64,000 nt of DNA. It comes from Eledone cirrhosa. Lineage: Eukaryota. How positions within the stretch are numbered: the stretch's first letter is position 1; the number at the start of each line of letters is the position of its first letter. The position numbers were made by a program, and so were the translations under genes. This document shows positions 12,337-25,736 of this stretch, in pieces. Under the pieces are notes generated by a model. That model searched no databases. It was not told the DNA's origin and saw only the letters and a list, made by a program, of their open reading frames with translations. The stretch is from contig OZ024741.1 in NCBI GenBank assembly GCA_964016885.1, positions 130,076,001-130,140,000 of the forward strand. Direction: 5' to 3'.

Positions 12337-12730
12337 TATTGTTATACTTTGGGAGGGTCATGTTGCCAATAAGAAACACACGCACCAGTTGCTTTCACTC
12401 CAATTTATTATAAATTTCCGGTTGGTTGGTTCCACAACCGGACGGTTGTTCATATATTGTAAAAGTTCTTTCGTCACACATTCTGTGATCTCTTCAGTGA
12501 CTGGGGATTCTTCTCTTTGTTTTGTGCCTCTCCTTTGTTCTGTCCTACGCCATCTTGTTTTTGTGTGTTGTGTGGTTAGTTTGCGCATGTGTTACATCCG
12601 GGTATTCTTTCCCTCATACACAACTGGTGAGTGTGTTTCTTATTGGCAACATACCCTCCCAAAGTATAACAGTATCGGTTTCAACACACGTTTTCAGATA
12701 AAGAATCTTGGTAAACAAATTCAGAAACGA
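12337..12730. mobile_element. (TA)n-flanked inverted-repeat element; family also at 62708-63180 and as a fragment near 59640
   Basis: TGTTATACTTTGGGAGGGTCATGTTGCCAATAAGAAACAC is inverted at 12621-12672. Confidence 0.7.
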
Positions 12731-12765
12731 TATATATATATATATATATATATATATTACACACA

Positions 12766-13290
<525 letters not shown>

Positions 13291-13299
13291 TATATATAT

Positions 13300-13962
13300 A
13301 TATAATCAAGGTTTAGCAAAGAAGAAAAAGTTTCAAAATAAATTTCAAATAATTCACTGTACTCACTATGGTTACCTTTATCGAATCGGTTTCGAGTCTC
13401 AAAAATAAATGGACAGTCCTTGCAGCCTTCCATTTTAAAGATAAACTCTCGTCAGAAGGTTCTTTTCACTCGGAGAATATAAAATTCCCGAGTTCAAATT
13501 ACGAAATGGCGCTATTCAAAATTGTTCCCGAGATGAGAATGAATGATGTGGAAGCAATTCTGTCCAATGCCGTGTGTAAAGATAGAAGCAGATTCTCTTC
13601 TTGGTCGAGATAAAATTTGGTCGTTTTGACTGCTGCTATTTATAGTGGTAGTAGACTGACCTCCCTGCCTCTGCCTTCTATCTTTACACACGGCACTGGA
13701 CAGAATTGCTTCCACATCATTCATTCTCATCTCGGGAACAATTTTGAATAGCGCCAGTTCGTAATTTGAACTCGGGAATTTTATATTCTCCGAGTGAAAA
13801 GAACCTTCTGACGAGAGTTTATCTTTAAAATGGAAGGCTGCAAGGACTGTCCATTTATTTTTGAGACTCGAAACCGATTCGGTAAAGGTAACCATAGTGG
13901 GTACAGTGAATTTTTTGAAATTTATTTTGAAACTTTTTCTTATTTGCTAAACCTTGATTATA
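13300..13962. mobile_element. 660-bp fold-back element with an HHR on each arm
   Basis: Arms about 13300-13590 and 13675-13962. Plus HHR 13804-13888 is CCTT-CTGACGA-GAG..CTC-GAAA-CCGATTCGG-TA-AAGG; its mirror is 13375-13459. Confidence 0.85.
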
Positions 13963-14074
13963 TATGTTCTGGCTCGTTAATTTATTAACTAGCCATTGAA
14001 CCACATTGGAATATGGTTGGACAATACATGTGTCCCTGGACGGTTTTTGCGTGTAGGGATATACACTTTATTAT

Positions 14075-14142
<68 letters not shown>

Positions 14143-14187
14143 GGACTACCTATCACAATAATTTGTTATCCCGTATATATATATATT

Positions 14188-14382
14188 CTCTCTCGTCTAC
14201 GATTTCACAGAACTTATGTTCACCGATTTCAGGGACTTGCCTTCTTCTTCCTCCCGTTTGACCTGTGCGAAATTCTCTCCTTGCTCACATTTCGACCAGG
14301 TTTGATGGTCTTTATTCTCTCTCGTCCACGATTTCACAGAACTTATATTCATTGATTTCAGGGACTTGACTCCTTCTTCCTC
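14188..14382 (+). repeat. About 65-bp direct repeat pair within a (TA)n-flanked unknown element
   Basis: CTCTCGTCYACGATTTCACAGAACTTAT...TTTCAGGGACTTG at about 14188 and 14319. Confidence 0.7.
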
Positions 14383-14579
14383 ACTTTTCATTGCATTACC
14401 ATCTTTGATTGTTTACAGTCTCGCTCGTTCCCCTTATTTACGTGTCCCAACGATTTCTTTAGCCGTTGCACGCATCAACCGGAGGTATAGGGTGCTTAAA
14501 GCGATGAAATACCAATGAAGATCACTGGTGAAGGACCAATTTTATTCATATATATATATATATATATATATTTATAATG

Positions 14580-14718
14580 AGTCAGGACCTAGTTCAGACC
14601 TAGCTGTTGAAACGGCCGGAGCCAAGCCGTCAGGGTCCTGACTCTTTTCCTATTAACCCCTCTACTACCCTAAATGCGTTATGGTCCACTTCGTTCCTTA
14701 ACACACTTCCTTCGTTTT
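14580..14718 (+). mobile_element. Diverged copy of the GCCGTC short fold-back family
   Basis: GAAACGGCCGGAGCCAAGCCGTC...CTCTACTACCC...TGCGTTATGGTCCA matches 21030-21222. Confidence 0.65.
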
Positions 14719-14771
14719 ATATATATATATATATATGTAAGAATATTTTCGAAACAGCGAGTGGATTTGAA

Positions 14772-14991
14772 ATTATTAGAAATGTTAGCTATCGCCGTAT
14801 TTTGACTAAAGAAATTAAAGAAATTATTTAGCCTGATAGTGGGGTTAAGAACCCTCGGAGAAATGTAGAAAGATGAGTATTGACGTCAATACTCATCTTT
14901 TTCCATTTCTCCGAGGGTTCTTAACCCCACTATCAGGCTAAATAATTTCTTTAATTTCTTTAGTCAAAATACGGCGATAGCTAACATTTCT

Positions 14992-14997
<6 letters not shown>
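14772..14997. repeat. 226-bp palindrome with no spacer, flanked by (TA)n
   Basis: Centre GAGTATTGAC|GTCAATACTC at 14884/14885; arms nearly identical. Confidence 0.85.
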
Positions 14998-15027
<30 letters not shown>

Positions 15028-15031
<4 letters not shown>

Positions 15032-15194
15032 AATGGCTTCTACAGGACTAGAACTGTTTCATTCGGGAGAAATCATCAGGAAAGTCCTGATGATTTCTCC
15101 CGAATGAAACAGTTCTAGTCATGTGGAAGCCATTTCTGCTATGTATTAAATACCTTACTTACTGTGGTTATCCCCGATTGATCCCAAGATAAAC

Positions 15195-15197
<3 letters not shown>
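15028..15197 (+). mobile_element. Short fold-back with a probable truncated HHR core
   Basis: Arms 15029-15080 and 15086-15138. CTGATGA-TTTCTCCCGAAT-GAAAC...GTC; the 5' strand of stem I is lost at the turn. Confidence 0.6.
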
Positions 15198-15262
<65 letters not shown>

Positions 15263-15264
<2 letters not shown>

Positions 15265-15488
15265 CACATAAGAAACAGAGAATCAGCGGTGAGACGAATA
15301 CGATTTGTTAGACATAATACAATCGTTTCTCTGGCAACCAGCTCGAAGCCCGATCGATGCAATGATTAACCTGACTCTGAAATCGCAAGTTCCTCGGATA
15401 TATCTCGATTCTACGAAGCAGAGTTTCTGTAAGAGCATCGAGTGCTCAAACGGCATACCGCTTACGGACGCTTTAAGCATCCCACACC

Positions 15489-15492
<4 letters not shown>
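15263..15492 (-). mobile_element. (TA)n-flanked short interspersed element; second copy at 40855-41000 in the opposite orientation
   Basis: TTAGACATAATACAATCGTTTCTCTGGCAACCAGCTCGA...CCTGACTCTGAAATCGCAAG is shared in reverse complement. Confidence 0.65.
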
Positions 15493-15561
<69 letters not shown>

Positions 15562-15889
15562 TAGTAATAATAATAAAATTGAAGACTAAAATCCATAGAG
15601 GGCTCGATAAGGAAAGTATATATCAAATATATAAGAACCGTAGAGCAAATATTTATTAAAATAACAGATTAAAGTTTAAGCAAAGAATCGCTGCTTTCAC
15701 CCTTAACGGGATCTTCTGAAACTAACAAAGTCAATCTGTAAACGCAGAACTGGATATTTAAAAAAACGTTGCAACCGGAGGAAGACAGGAAGACGATACT
15801 TTGGTTCGTGGTAACGTTAGTTTCAGAAGATCCCGTTAATGGTGAAAGCAGCGATTCTTTGCTTAAACTTTAATCTGTTATTTTAATAA

Positions 15890-15893
<4 letters not shown>
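15562..15893 (-). mobile_element. Fold-back element; family also at 45522-45612 and 56315-57130
   Basis: 15648-15726 is inverted at 15816-15893; flanked by (TA)n. Confidence 0.75.
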
Positions 15894-15928
<35 letters not shown>

Positions 15929-15992
15929 CGTCCGTGTGTGTGTATGTATGCTTGTATGTATGTATATACGGATGTATGTATTCATATATGCG

Positions 15993-16026
<34 letters not shown>

Positions 16027-16427
16027 ATAATTATATATATAATATATATGTACATATATATATACACACATATATATATATATACATATATATATGTATA
16101 TATAAATACATATATATATATATATATATGTGTGTATATATAAATATATGTATATATATGTATATGTATATATATATACATATATGTATATGTATATATA
16201 TATATGAGTGTGTGTTTGGTGTATGTGTGTCAGTGTGTGTCTCTGTGTATGTGTATCTCTGTGCCTGTGAGAGTGTGTGTGTTTGGACTGCTGAAGTGAA
16301 TTTGCGTCAACAACATATGACGTAAAACTTAACATGGTTTCCCGCCTCGACATATTTCTCCCACACTGTCACACATAATCTTGCATCTTATCTATACACA
16401 CATGTTTGTTTGTCTGTCTGTCTGTTG

Positions 16428-16486
<59 letters not shown>

Positions 16487-16632
16487 CATTTGTGGCACCT
16501 CCCCCCTATTGGGGATTTCGATTGTTATATTTGTTTGTTTCATCTTTTTACACCATTGTATGTAAAATCTCCTGCATCTGTCCTTGTTTTGTCCCCTTTT
16601 CTTGTGCGCCCTTGTAGCTAATAAAGAAATAT
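16487..16632 (+). mobile_element. Tx1-like 3' UTR fragment within (TATC)n
   Basis: Closely similar to 18990-19130; flanked by TATC repeats. Confidence 0.7.
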
Positions 16633-16672
16633 ATCTATCAATCTATCTATCCATCTATCTACTATCTATCTA

Positions 16673-19135
16673 GCGACTGTTTGAGCAGAACGACGGTGAG
16701 CCGAACGGGGTAATGGACTTTAGTTCATACCTCAACGGCCTGCCACGTCTCTCGAACACGGACGCCGAGTTCTGCGAAAGACCGATCACGGACACTGAGA
16801 TACGGGACGCTCTGGGACGCTGCTGGAAACGCAAGTCACCCGGTCTAGATAGTCTAGTTTTACATAGGCATACCGGACTTGTTCTCTGGCGTCCTCGAAG
16901 CCGTCTACTGCAATTTGCAGCAGAACGGGAGAATTCCCAGTTCTGCAGGCAAGGGCGTAGTAACGCTGATCAGGAAAGACGAGAAAAAGGGGGACGAAAT
17001 TAACAACTTCAGGCCCATAACTCTGCTCAAACACAGATTTAAAGATTTTGGCCAAGGTGCTAGCGACGAGGTTGGCGCTTGTCGTCGAGAACCTGGTAGG
17101 GAAAGTGCAAACGTGTGCAATCCCGACCAGGTCCATACACGACAACCTCCACCTCATGCGATACATCATAGAGAGGGTGGGTAATAAACCCAGCTTCGGT
17201 GGGGCTCTGATCAATTTGGATCAGTCTAAGGCATTCGATAGGGTCGACCATCGATACTTGGAAGCGGTTGTCAAGGCGGCCGGTTTCGGTCCCGTTTTCA
17301 GAGGCTGGATCGAGGCGATGCACACCAGCATCTGCTCGAGGGTCAAGATGAACGGCTACCTATCGGAGCCGTTCGCAATCACTCGTTCCATTCGACAGGG
17401 ATGCCCTCTCTCCTCCATTCTGTATGTATTGACTCTAGAGCCACTACTGCGTAAATTAGAGCTGTTTCAGGGCATCCCTCTAGAACCGGGACTGCGCAAA
17501 GCGGCGTAGGCTTATGCCGACGACGTAACGGTAATGGTGTCGAGCACCTCGGAAATCGGGGTGATCGGCAACTTACTGAAATAATACGAAACGCTGACAG
17601 GAGCAAAACTAAACCCGGACAAGTCTGTCGGTTTGCAACTCAGTACATGGAGAGGCAAACCGAGGACGTCCGTCAGCGTTGTTGGATGCTGGACGGACGG
17701 ACCGGTGAAATTGCTCGGTGTCTGGTTCGGTCCAGACCTCCAGGTGGAGAAAAACTGGAACGAGGTCACGGCCAAGGTGTTTGCGCTCAGCCAGAAGTGG
17801 ACAGAGTGCAAACTGTCCTTGAAAGGTCGAGCTGAGGTGGCAAACACTTTCATAGCGTCCGTTATCTACTACCGCTTGACTGTCATGCCTTTTCCCCGTG
17901 AACACCTCGCCAAGATGGAACGCATGCTCTTCCAGTTTCTGTGGAAGAAGCAGGCTCCGCTGGTGAGGAGATGCGTCTGCTGTCAGCACCCTTCCAACGG
18001 AAGGCTGGGAATGCCGTGGCTGATGATGCGCAAACATGCGCTGAGGCTGCGGCATCTCCAGGTATTCCTAACCGACCCCCAACCGGTGTGGGCACCGTTT
18101 GTGAGACAGGCTTTCCCGAAGCTCGTTTTGCTGACGGAGCTGCAGTCCTGGGTCAAAAAAAGACCGAAAACGATGGGCGCCTGGCACATTGAATGCGCTC
18201 AGGCGCTCACAGTCCTCTGGCAAGCGGGCACAGCAATCAGTGGAGACTCCACTTCGACATTCTATAGAGGGATTGTACGTTACAAGCGCGACGACGTGCT
18301 CGGAGAGACTCTGGGCGTCGAAGACGATGAGCTCACCAGTCTGTTTGATAGGACTTTCCGCCCGGGACCTATGGACAACTTCCAGAGCTCCCTGGCCTCG
18401 CAGTGCTACCGAGAAGCTCTACCGGTACGTGACAAGATCTACAGGCATGGACGCCCCGGCAGGGATCCTTCCAAGAGCACGTGTCCAAGATGCGCATAGG
18501 ACATTGAAACCGTCCTGCACGCAATTGTACACTGCCTGGGCGTAACCGACCTGTGGAACTATGCAGAACAACTGCTGTCGCGTATGGGACAAATACAGTT
18601 GACTGCCGAGTCCATAGTAAGGATCAAACCGCCAGCCTCTTTCAAAAACGAAAGAGAGGCGGTTTTCCTCTGTACAGTGGCTATGGTGAAAGAAGTTATA
18701 TGGTGGACGAGATTGAGAGGACTGAGGACAGATGCCTTTCTCTCCGGACAACAATTGATTCCCTTCTTTAAGTATCACTTTAGAAGGAGAATCAGAGTGG
18801 AGAGAGAGGCCCTGCACCCCAGTAAATTTACTGAAAGGTGGGTGAATGAAGCGAAAATGGCCCGAGTGATTGGACCTTCTCTGTTTATAAGCCTGTAGGT
18901 TGAGGAAGAAAGCAAAAGGAAGAAAGAAGCACTTGCACAACACGCTCCTGAAGTTGCGGGTTGTTCTATCGACGTGGTATTAAACAACCCATTTGTGGCG
19001 CTTCCCCCCTATTGGGGATTTCGATTGTTATAATTGTTTGTTTTATATTTTTTACACGACTGTATGTAAACTGCCCGGCATGTCTTTGTATTGTCCCCTT
19101 TTCTTGTGCGCCCTTGTGGCAAATAAATAAATCGA
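16673..19135 (+). mobile_element. 5'-truncated Tx1/L1-clade LINE ORF2 pseudogene in a (TATC)n tract
   Basis: KSPGLD, NFRPITLL, LDQSKAFDRVDH, IRQGCPLS, AYADD (17510), LSLKGRAEV and CPRC..ETVLHAIVHC, with stops and frameshifts. Ends AATAAATAAATC-GATCTATC. Confidence 0.9.
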
Positions 19136-19366
19136 TCTATCTATCTGACTGTGTGTTTCTATGTATATATATGTGTGTGTGTATCTATCAATGTCCCTCT
19201 CACTCACTCAATCCTTCCTTCCCATTCTTTCTCTAACTCCCTCCATCTCTCTTTTTGTCTTTCACTGAATCCCTCTCACTCTTTCTCTCTCACTCAAATT
19301 CTTTTTCACTCTTTCACCTTTTCTCTTTTTTCTTATTCTCTCTATACGTCTGTATGTATGTATGTA

Positions 19367-19930
19367 TGTGCTACTGGTAACATGTATCCCAGTACAACCT
19401 GTCTCATGGTCGGGTCGTTGGCGACTAAACTGGCAACCCCACCAAGGTTTCTTGGTGAGGAGGGTGACTTTGGACATCTTGCAGGACTAAAAACAAAACC
19501 TGTCAAAGGGCAAAGGAGCTCTTAAGAGTCAATGGCCATCCAAAATCACCGGGAGAGATGACTCCTTAGCCTTTGTCAAGGCAGAATTCTAGGAGGAGGA
19601 AAACTCTGATATAATACCTGCAACCCTGATGGTATCCAATGATGTTGACTTGTTCTTCTTTTTGGTAAATATCATCTTGGTTAAGAGAGTGGGACTGGCT
19701 TTGTGCAGTGCCTTTGTTCACTATAAAAGCTTCACGGCACAGGCATTGCTTTGTATCTGGAGATCTCTCTGGACTTGTCGTCACATGGGCCCAGCACTAT
19801 GTGTCAATAATTGTCACAAGTGTAGTGTTTGTACCAGAGTTTTCAACTCGCTGGCTGGACTAAAAAGTCACATTAGTTCAGCGCATCGGTAGTGGCCGTA
19901 CTCGAAAACGAGTTGGCAGCCACCACCATG
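19367..19930 (+). mobile_element. RTE-like 3' fragment with a C2H2 finger and (TGTA)n tail; copies at 20367-20650 (-) and 35920-36522 (+)
   Basis: CSVCTRVFNSLAGLKSH. The 3' end GTACTCGAAAACGAGTTGGCAGCCACC is shared by all three copies. Confidence 0.7.
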
Positions 19931-20366
19931 TATGTATGTATGTATGTATGTATGTATGTATGTATGTATGTATGTATGTATGTATGTATGTATGTATGTA
20001 TGTATGTATGTATGTTGTATCTGTCTTATCGTTTGTCACAACTCAAACGATGTTGTCACGACTTCTGTCAAACATTGTCGGTGAATTACGTTAGCACTAG
20101 TTTCAGCATTTCAAAATATTTCTCGTCTCACGAACAACAATCACAGTTTTTAAAATCCCTTGTTATGTCGATGATTCGAAAATAATGGAAACACTTCATA
20201 TAGACGTGAAATAACAGTAATCTGAATGTGTCTCTCTGTCCGCCAGTCTGTCCATCTGTCTATCTTTCTTTCTCTGAATACCTACACATATACATATATA
20301 AGTATTTGTCATACATACATACATACATACATACATACATACATACATACATACATACATACATAC

Positions 20367-20650
20367 ATGGTGGCTGCCAACTCGTTTTCGAGTACGGCCA
20401 CTAATTTATATCCATGTAGGAGAACCCCTACCGATGCGCTGAACGAGTGTGACTTTTTAGTCCAGCCAGCGACTTGAAAACTCTGGTACAAACACTACAC
20501 CTGTGACAATTATTGACACATAGTGATGGGCCCATGGTACCATGTGACGACAAGTGCAGAGAGATCTCCCGATATAAAGCAATGCCTGTGCCGTGAAGCT
20601 TTTATAGTGACTCTTAAGAGTCAATGGCCATCCAAAATCACCGGGAGATA
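20367..20650 (-). mobile_element. Copy of the same RTE-like fragment with an inverted 5' segment
   Basis: 20367-20610 is the reverse complement of the 3' part; 20610-20650 matches 19520-19557 in plus orientation. Confidence 0.7.
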
Positions 20651-20901
20651 AATAAATACATACATGCATACATACATACATACATATATACATACATACA
20701 TACATACATACGTACATGCATGATGACTGCCCACTCGTAATCGAGTATGGCCATTCCACGATTTAACATTATTAATAATTATCAATTAATGCCGTAGTGC
20801 AATGCCTGTGCGTGAAGATGTTTTTGTCTTGTCTACTCTTGAACTATATATATATAGTCGGCTGAAAAGGAGGTCATATAACTGTCCATGCATTAATAAA
20901 T

Positions 20902-20948
20902 TGCTCCGAAGAATCCAAACCTCGGTTTGGAGGAAACAGCTGTAAGCA
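20902..20948 (+). ncRNA. Minimal type I HHR, U4C core variant
   Basis: TGCT-CCGAAGA-A-TCCAAAC-CTCG-GTTTGGA-G-GAAA-CAGCTG-TA-AGCA, with a palindromic stem III loop; lies in a (TA)n-flanked fragment. Confidence 0.7.
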
Positions 20949-20979
20949 CAATAATGTTTTGAACAGTTCTTTGATTCTT

Positions 20980-21029
<50 letters not shown>

Positions 21030-21032
<3 letters not shown>

Positions 21033-21222
21033 GAAAAGGTATGACCTCGACGGCAGAGCTCAAGCCGTTTCGACGGCTATTTCTGGACTGAAATAGCCGT
21101 CGAAACGGCTTGAGCTCTGCCGTCGGGGTCATACCTTTTCCTATTACCCACTCTACTACCCTAGGTATTGAGTACTCTGGTGCGTTATGGTCCATCTGGT
21201 TCCTTACCACAATTCCTTCGTT
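21030..21222 (+). mobile_element. GCCGTC short fold-back family copy
   Basis: Hairpin GACGGCAGAGCTCAAGCCGTTTCGACGGCTATTTC / GAAATAGCCGTCGAAACGGCTTGAGCTCTGCCGTC, flanked by (TA)n. Confidence 0.8.
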
Positions 21223-21355
21223 ATATATATATATATATAATATAAAACGAAAAATCAGTGATGCATCTGGACTCAATTATTGTGTGTTACAATATATATA
21301 TTATGGAATTATGGAATACTGTTGGCTTTTCGCTACAATGTTTTCTATACCTTTC

Positions 21356-21409
<54 letters not shown>

Positions 21410-22659
21410 AATGGAAACTATATTTATAAAACCATATTTATTCTATTATATATATTTCAAGGGTACCAAAATTTTGGTACGCTATCATCAGATAAAATAC
21501 AAAATGTTTTATAAATATTTGACATAACCAAGGATAATATACCTCAACGGTTCAAGTTATCCCTGGAAAGTGAAGGGAAGAGAGAAAAAAAGTCAGATAT
21601 TTAAAATTATTAAGACGAGTATGCAAATGAGGTTTATGTAAAAGGGCTGAAAAAAACTTTATTTTAGACGCTATGAAAAATGTAAATATCATAAGTAATT
21701 GTATGCGTAGGAAAGAAGAGAAAGGAGGAAGGGCTAAGAATTACATTAATTTTGGGGAAAAAGATTTGTTACCTATATTATGAGTTATAATATTGTATAT
21801 ATAATCAATTAGATTATATGAAGAATTATGGTTGTAAGTATTTTTATCTTATTATATTAGGATAGGTTATATGTATATAAATATCTATATATATATTAAT
21901 AAATTGCGTATGTATTAATTGTTTATATATTAAATATGAGTTACGAAGGAAGTTGAATTTGTATTTTACTTAAAAAATATGTGGTTCAAGTTGTGAGAGT
22001 AGAATAATTTGTGGATTCAAAAATGTGTTCAACATTGAGAATGTTTTCAGAATATTGTTGATTTAACGAAGCTATATATATTATCAAACAAACAATCAAT
22101 CGTTATGTTATCACGATTGAGAAGAATGTTTATTTGTAACGATTGAGAAAGGAAAGTTAACTCCAATTTTGTTTGTTAACCATTAAAATTAGAGAACAAA
22201 TTATATATTATTTTGTGTGAGATCCATTATTTTAGTCGAAAGATGTGTGAATGTTTGGATAACAAAAAGAGAGAGGAAAAATGTAATGTGTTTTTCGAAG
22301 AACTATCTTAAAGAGGATAAACTTTCAGAACGTCATTTAAAGATTATCAATCTACATCTATAAAGCTGAGGATGTGTGTGTTAAGGTTTGTAACGTATGC
22401 ACGTCCACAATTTCCAACGGATTCTATTCTATGTCGGGACAATTATAGCCTTAGGTCAGGAAAAGGTCATGAAGCAAAAATGTTTCAAATCCATCAACAA
22501 TAAGGGCAAACATCGATCATGATCATTCCCCCTCTTTATAATTTAACTGCTTTACTCTCTCTGTCGCTCTTCACTCCCTATATGACAACACTGCAGTGGA
22601 GCGATCCGTATTGACATACGGCTTATGTGGGCATTTTCAATCGGCTTATTGCAAATAAC

Positions 22660-22844
22660 TGTTTCTACTTTAAGCACAAGGCCAGCAATCACCCAGTGCA
22701 TTACTGGTACTTTATTTTATCGACCCCGTAAGGATGAAAGGCAAAGTCAACCTCGGCGGGATTTGAACTCAGATCGTAAAGGGACGTAACTATGCTGGAA
22801 AGCATGGTGTCTGATCCTCTACCGATACTGCCAATCCACCGCCC
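22660..22844 (-). mobile_element. tRNA-derived SINE (family A) with a 14-bp target-site duplication
   Basis: A-box and B-box-like GAGTTCAAATCC on the minus strand. TSD TTATTGCAAATAAC at 22646-22659 and 22845-22858. Confidence 0.85.
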
Positions 22845-22904
22845 TTATTGCAAATAACAACCCGCAAAATAACATTTCATATAACAGATTAATGCTATAG
22901 ACAT

Positions 22905-25736
22905 ATGAATCGGAATGTAACCCGTGAACTTTTTCCTGGGCAAAATTATTCGAACAGACATGACTTCATTGCCAGAATGTTCAGACTGAAACTGGCTAAA
23001 CTCATGGCTTTAATAAAAAAGGGTCAGGTATTTGGGGCTTTAAAATGTGACATGTTCACTGTCAAATGGCAAAAACGAGGGCTGCCACATGCTCACATTT
23101 TGATTTGATTAGCTGATAAAATCAATTCAAATGCCATAGACAGCTTCATTTTGGCTGAAATCCCTAACCCAGCAACTGACCAGGAATTACATGACATCGT
23201 CAAAGCTAACATGGTCCGTGTGCGTCGGGTCCTAATGAGCATCACACGTGTCTGATAGGAAGGGGGGGGGGTCGTGCAGTAAGGGATACCCCCAAAAATT
23301 TGTTGACCAGACTCAGACTAGTGGCGACGGGTATCCCTGTACAGGCGGAGACGGCCGGAGAAAGGTGGCTTCACCACAACAGTAAAGGGAGGTCAAGTCG
23401 ACAATAGATGGGTGGTCCCTTACTGCCCGCTTCTCTTGAAGATGTTCAACGCCCACATCAACGTTGAGTTTTGCATCTCCGTCAAGTCGATAAAATACAT
23501 ATGCAAATATGTAAATAAGGGCTCTGATGCCGCAATGTTCGCATTTCAGGCTGAAAATAGCAGGGACGAGGTCACAGAATACCTAGCGGGGCGGTACATC
23601 AGTAGCAATGAAGTTTTTTGGCGCCTATTTGGTTTACCCCTACACCAACGGCACCCCGCCATCGTACAGCTTGCGGTACATTTGGAAAATGGCCAAAGGG
23701 TTTACTTTACGAACCAAACCGCCTCCAAGTTGGCCGCCGATCCGAAAGAGACCATTCTGACGGGTTTCTTCAAACTTTGCCAGTTCGATACATTTGCGCA
23801 AACAATTGTGTACTCCCAGGTTCCATCCTACTTTATATGGTCGAAAAACACTTGGGTGCGAAGAAGTCAGGTCAAGCTGTTGAAAGACATCCTGATGTAA
23901 AATTTGACAGCCGTCTTGGAAGGGTTTACACTGTGCCCCCAAGTCAGCATGAGTGCTTTTATTTCCGCCTTCTTCTGCATGAAGTTGTAGGCCCACATGG
24001 TGAAATGTGTGATATGTACCGGGAAGACTGCTTTAAGCGTGGTCTTTTGGAAGATGATTCGCAATTGGATTCCACTTTAGCAGAGGGTGCTCTGTTGAAA
24101 TCACCTAAAGGACTACGGGAATCCTTTCCATTTTGCTTCAAAAGTGTGAATTGGGTGATCCCAAATCTTTATGGGTCAATTTCAAAGACTTCATCTCTGA
24201 GGACTTCCTGCGCCTAGCTCATCTGCAGTATACTTCAGTGGAAGTTGGTTACAGCGACATTATCTACAACAGGGCACTCATTGATATTGAGGACGCCCTC
24301 CTCAACATGGGTGGGAGTGAGTTGGCGACGTATGGCTTGCCGTCAACCGTCAGAGAGGAAGCTAACACGTTGGCCCCGGATTTGCTGCGGGAAACAGCAT
24401 TTGACATCGAATCTCTTTCCCAATACTTAGAGGAAAATGAGCCCAAACTTCTGTCGGCCCAAAGGTTGGCCTATTTAACTATCATTGACGCGGTTCAGAA
24501 TCAGACTGGGGATATTTACTTTCTCGATGCTCCTGGGGGTACCGGAAAAACTTATGTAACGAAATTGATTCTCGCTAAGATTCGTCAGGAGAAAAAAATT
24601 GCGTTGGCCGTTGCATCGTCCGGGATCAATACTACTTTCCTGCCGGGAGGTAGGACAGCACATTCAACCTTTAAACTCCCCTTGGATTTAGTAAAAACTG
24701 AGACACCAACATGCAATATCAGCAAGAGTTCACACGAAGCTCTGGTTCTCAAAAAATGTTGCCTCATTGTTTGGGATGAGTGCACAATGGCACACAAGGG
24801 TGCCCTTGAGGCATTGGACAGAACCCTGAAAGACATTAGGGATTCTACGGCTCCTATGGGTGGCGTAACCCTTCTGCTATCAGGGGATTTTCGGCAAACG
24901 CTGCCTGTCATCCCCAAAGGGACAAGAGCTGATGAAGTGCGTACCTGCCTTAAATCGTCCATGTTGTGGCTCCAGGTGAAGAGTTTGTACCTGAGCACAA
25001 AAATGCGTGCTCATTTGCATGGTGAGAACATGTCTGCAGCATTTGCTCAGAACATTTTAGCACTGGTGAGGGCAAGGTCCCTTCGGATGACAAGGGCGGC
25101 ATAGCAATCGACTCCCTGTGCAACATTGTGAGTAGCCCTTCTGACCTTTGGGAAGCAGTTTTTCCTAATGTCTCATTTAACTTTAAAAACCTCGATTGGC
25201 TCAGCGAAAGAGCCATCCTTGCTCCGAAAAATACCATGGTTAATTTTATTGAGAAGAATCCCGGTAAAGAGCACATCTTCAAATCTATCGACCGGACGCC
25301 AGACCCCGACGATATCGTTAATTATCCGGTTGAGTTATTAAATTCCCTTGAGACCCCAGGGCTCCCACCTCACATTCTTAAGCTTAGGGCTGGCTGTCCC
25401 ATTATGCTAATAAGGAACTTGCGTCCACCAAAGCAGTGCAACGGTACTCGCATGGTCCTCAAGTCACTGACGCCCCACTTGATTGAGGCCACCATTGTAA
25501 CGGGGTGCGGGAGAGGGGAGAATGTTTTCATTCCAAGGATGAACCTTTACCCCTCGGCGTCAGATATCTCGTTCGATTTCCGGCGATCCCAATTCCCGGT
25601 GAGACCATGTTTTGCCATGTCCATTAACAAGTCACAAGGGCAAACATTGTCGGTGGCGGGCATCCATTTGGGGGAGCCATGCTTCTTCCATGGCCAACAT
25701 TATGTTGCCTGTTCCTGCGTAGGGAGCAGGAATTGA
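22905..25736 (+). pseudogene. Helitron RepHel (HUH Rep plus PIF1 helicase), frameshifted
   Basis: ORF pieces 22905-23108, 23412-23900, 24133-25104 and 25128-25736. Confidence 0.9.

Noticed and set aside
13368-13895. Paired 81-aa and 127-aa ORFs
   Set aside because: They run antisense across the HHR in each palindrome arm; no protein family was recognised.
24133-25736. Host PIF1 helicase gene
   Set aside because: Intronless, frameshifted, linked to HUH Rep motifs and bounded by Helitron termini.
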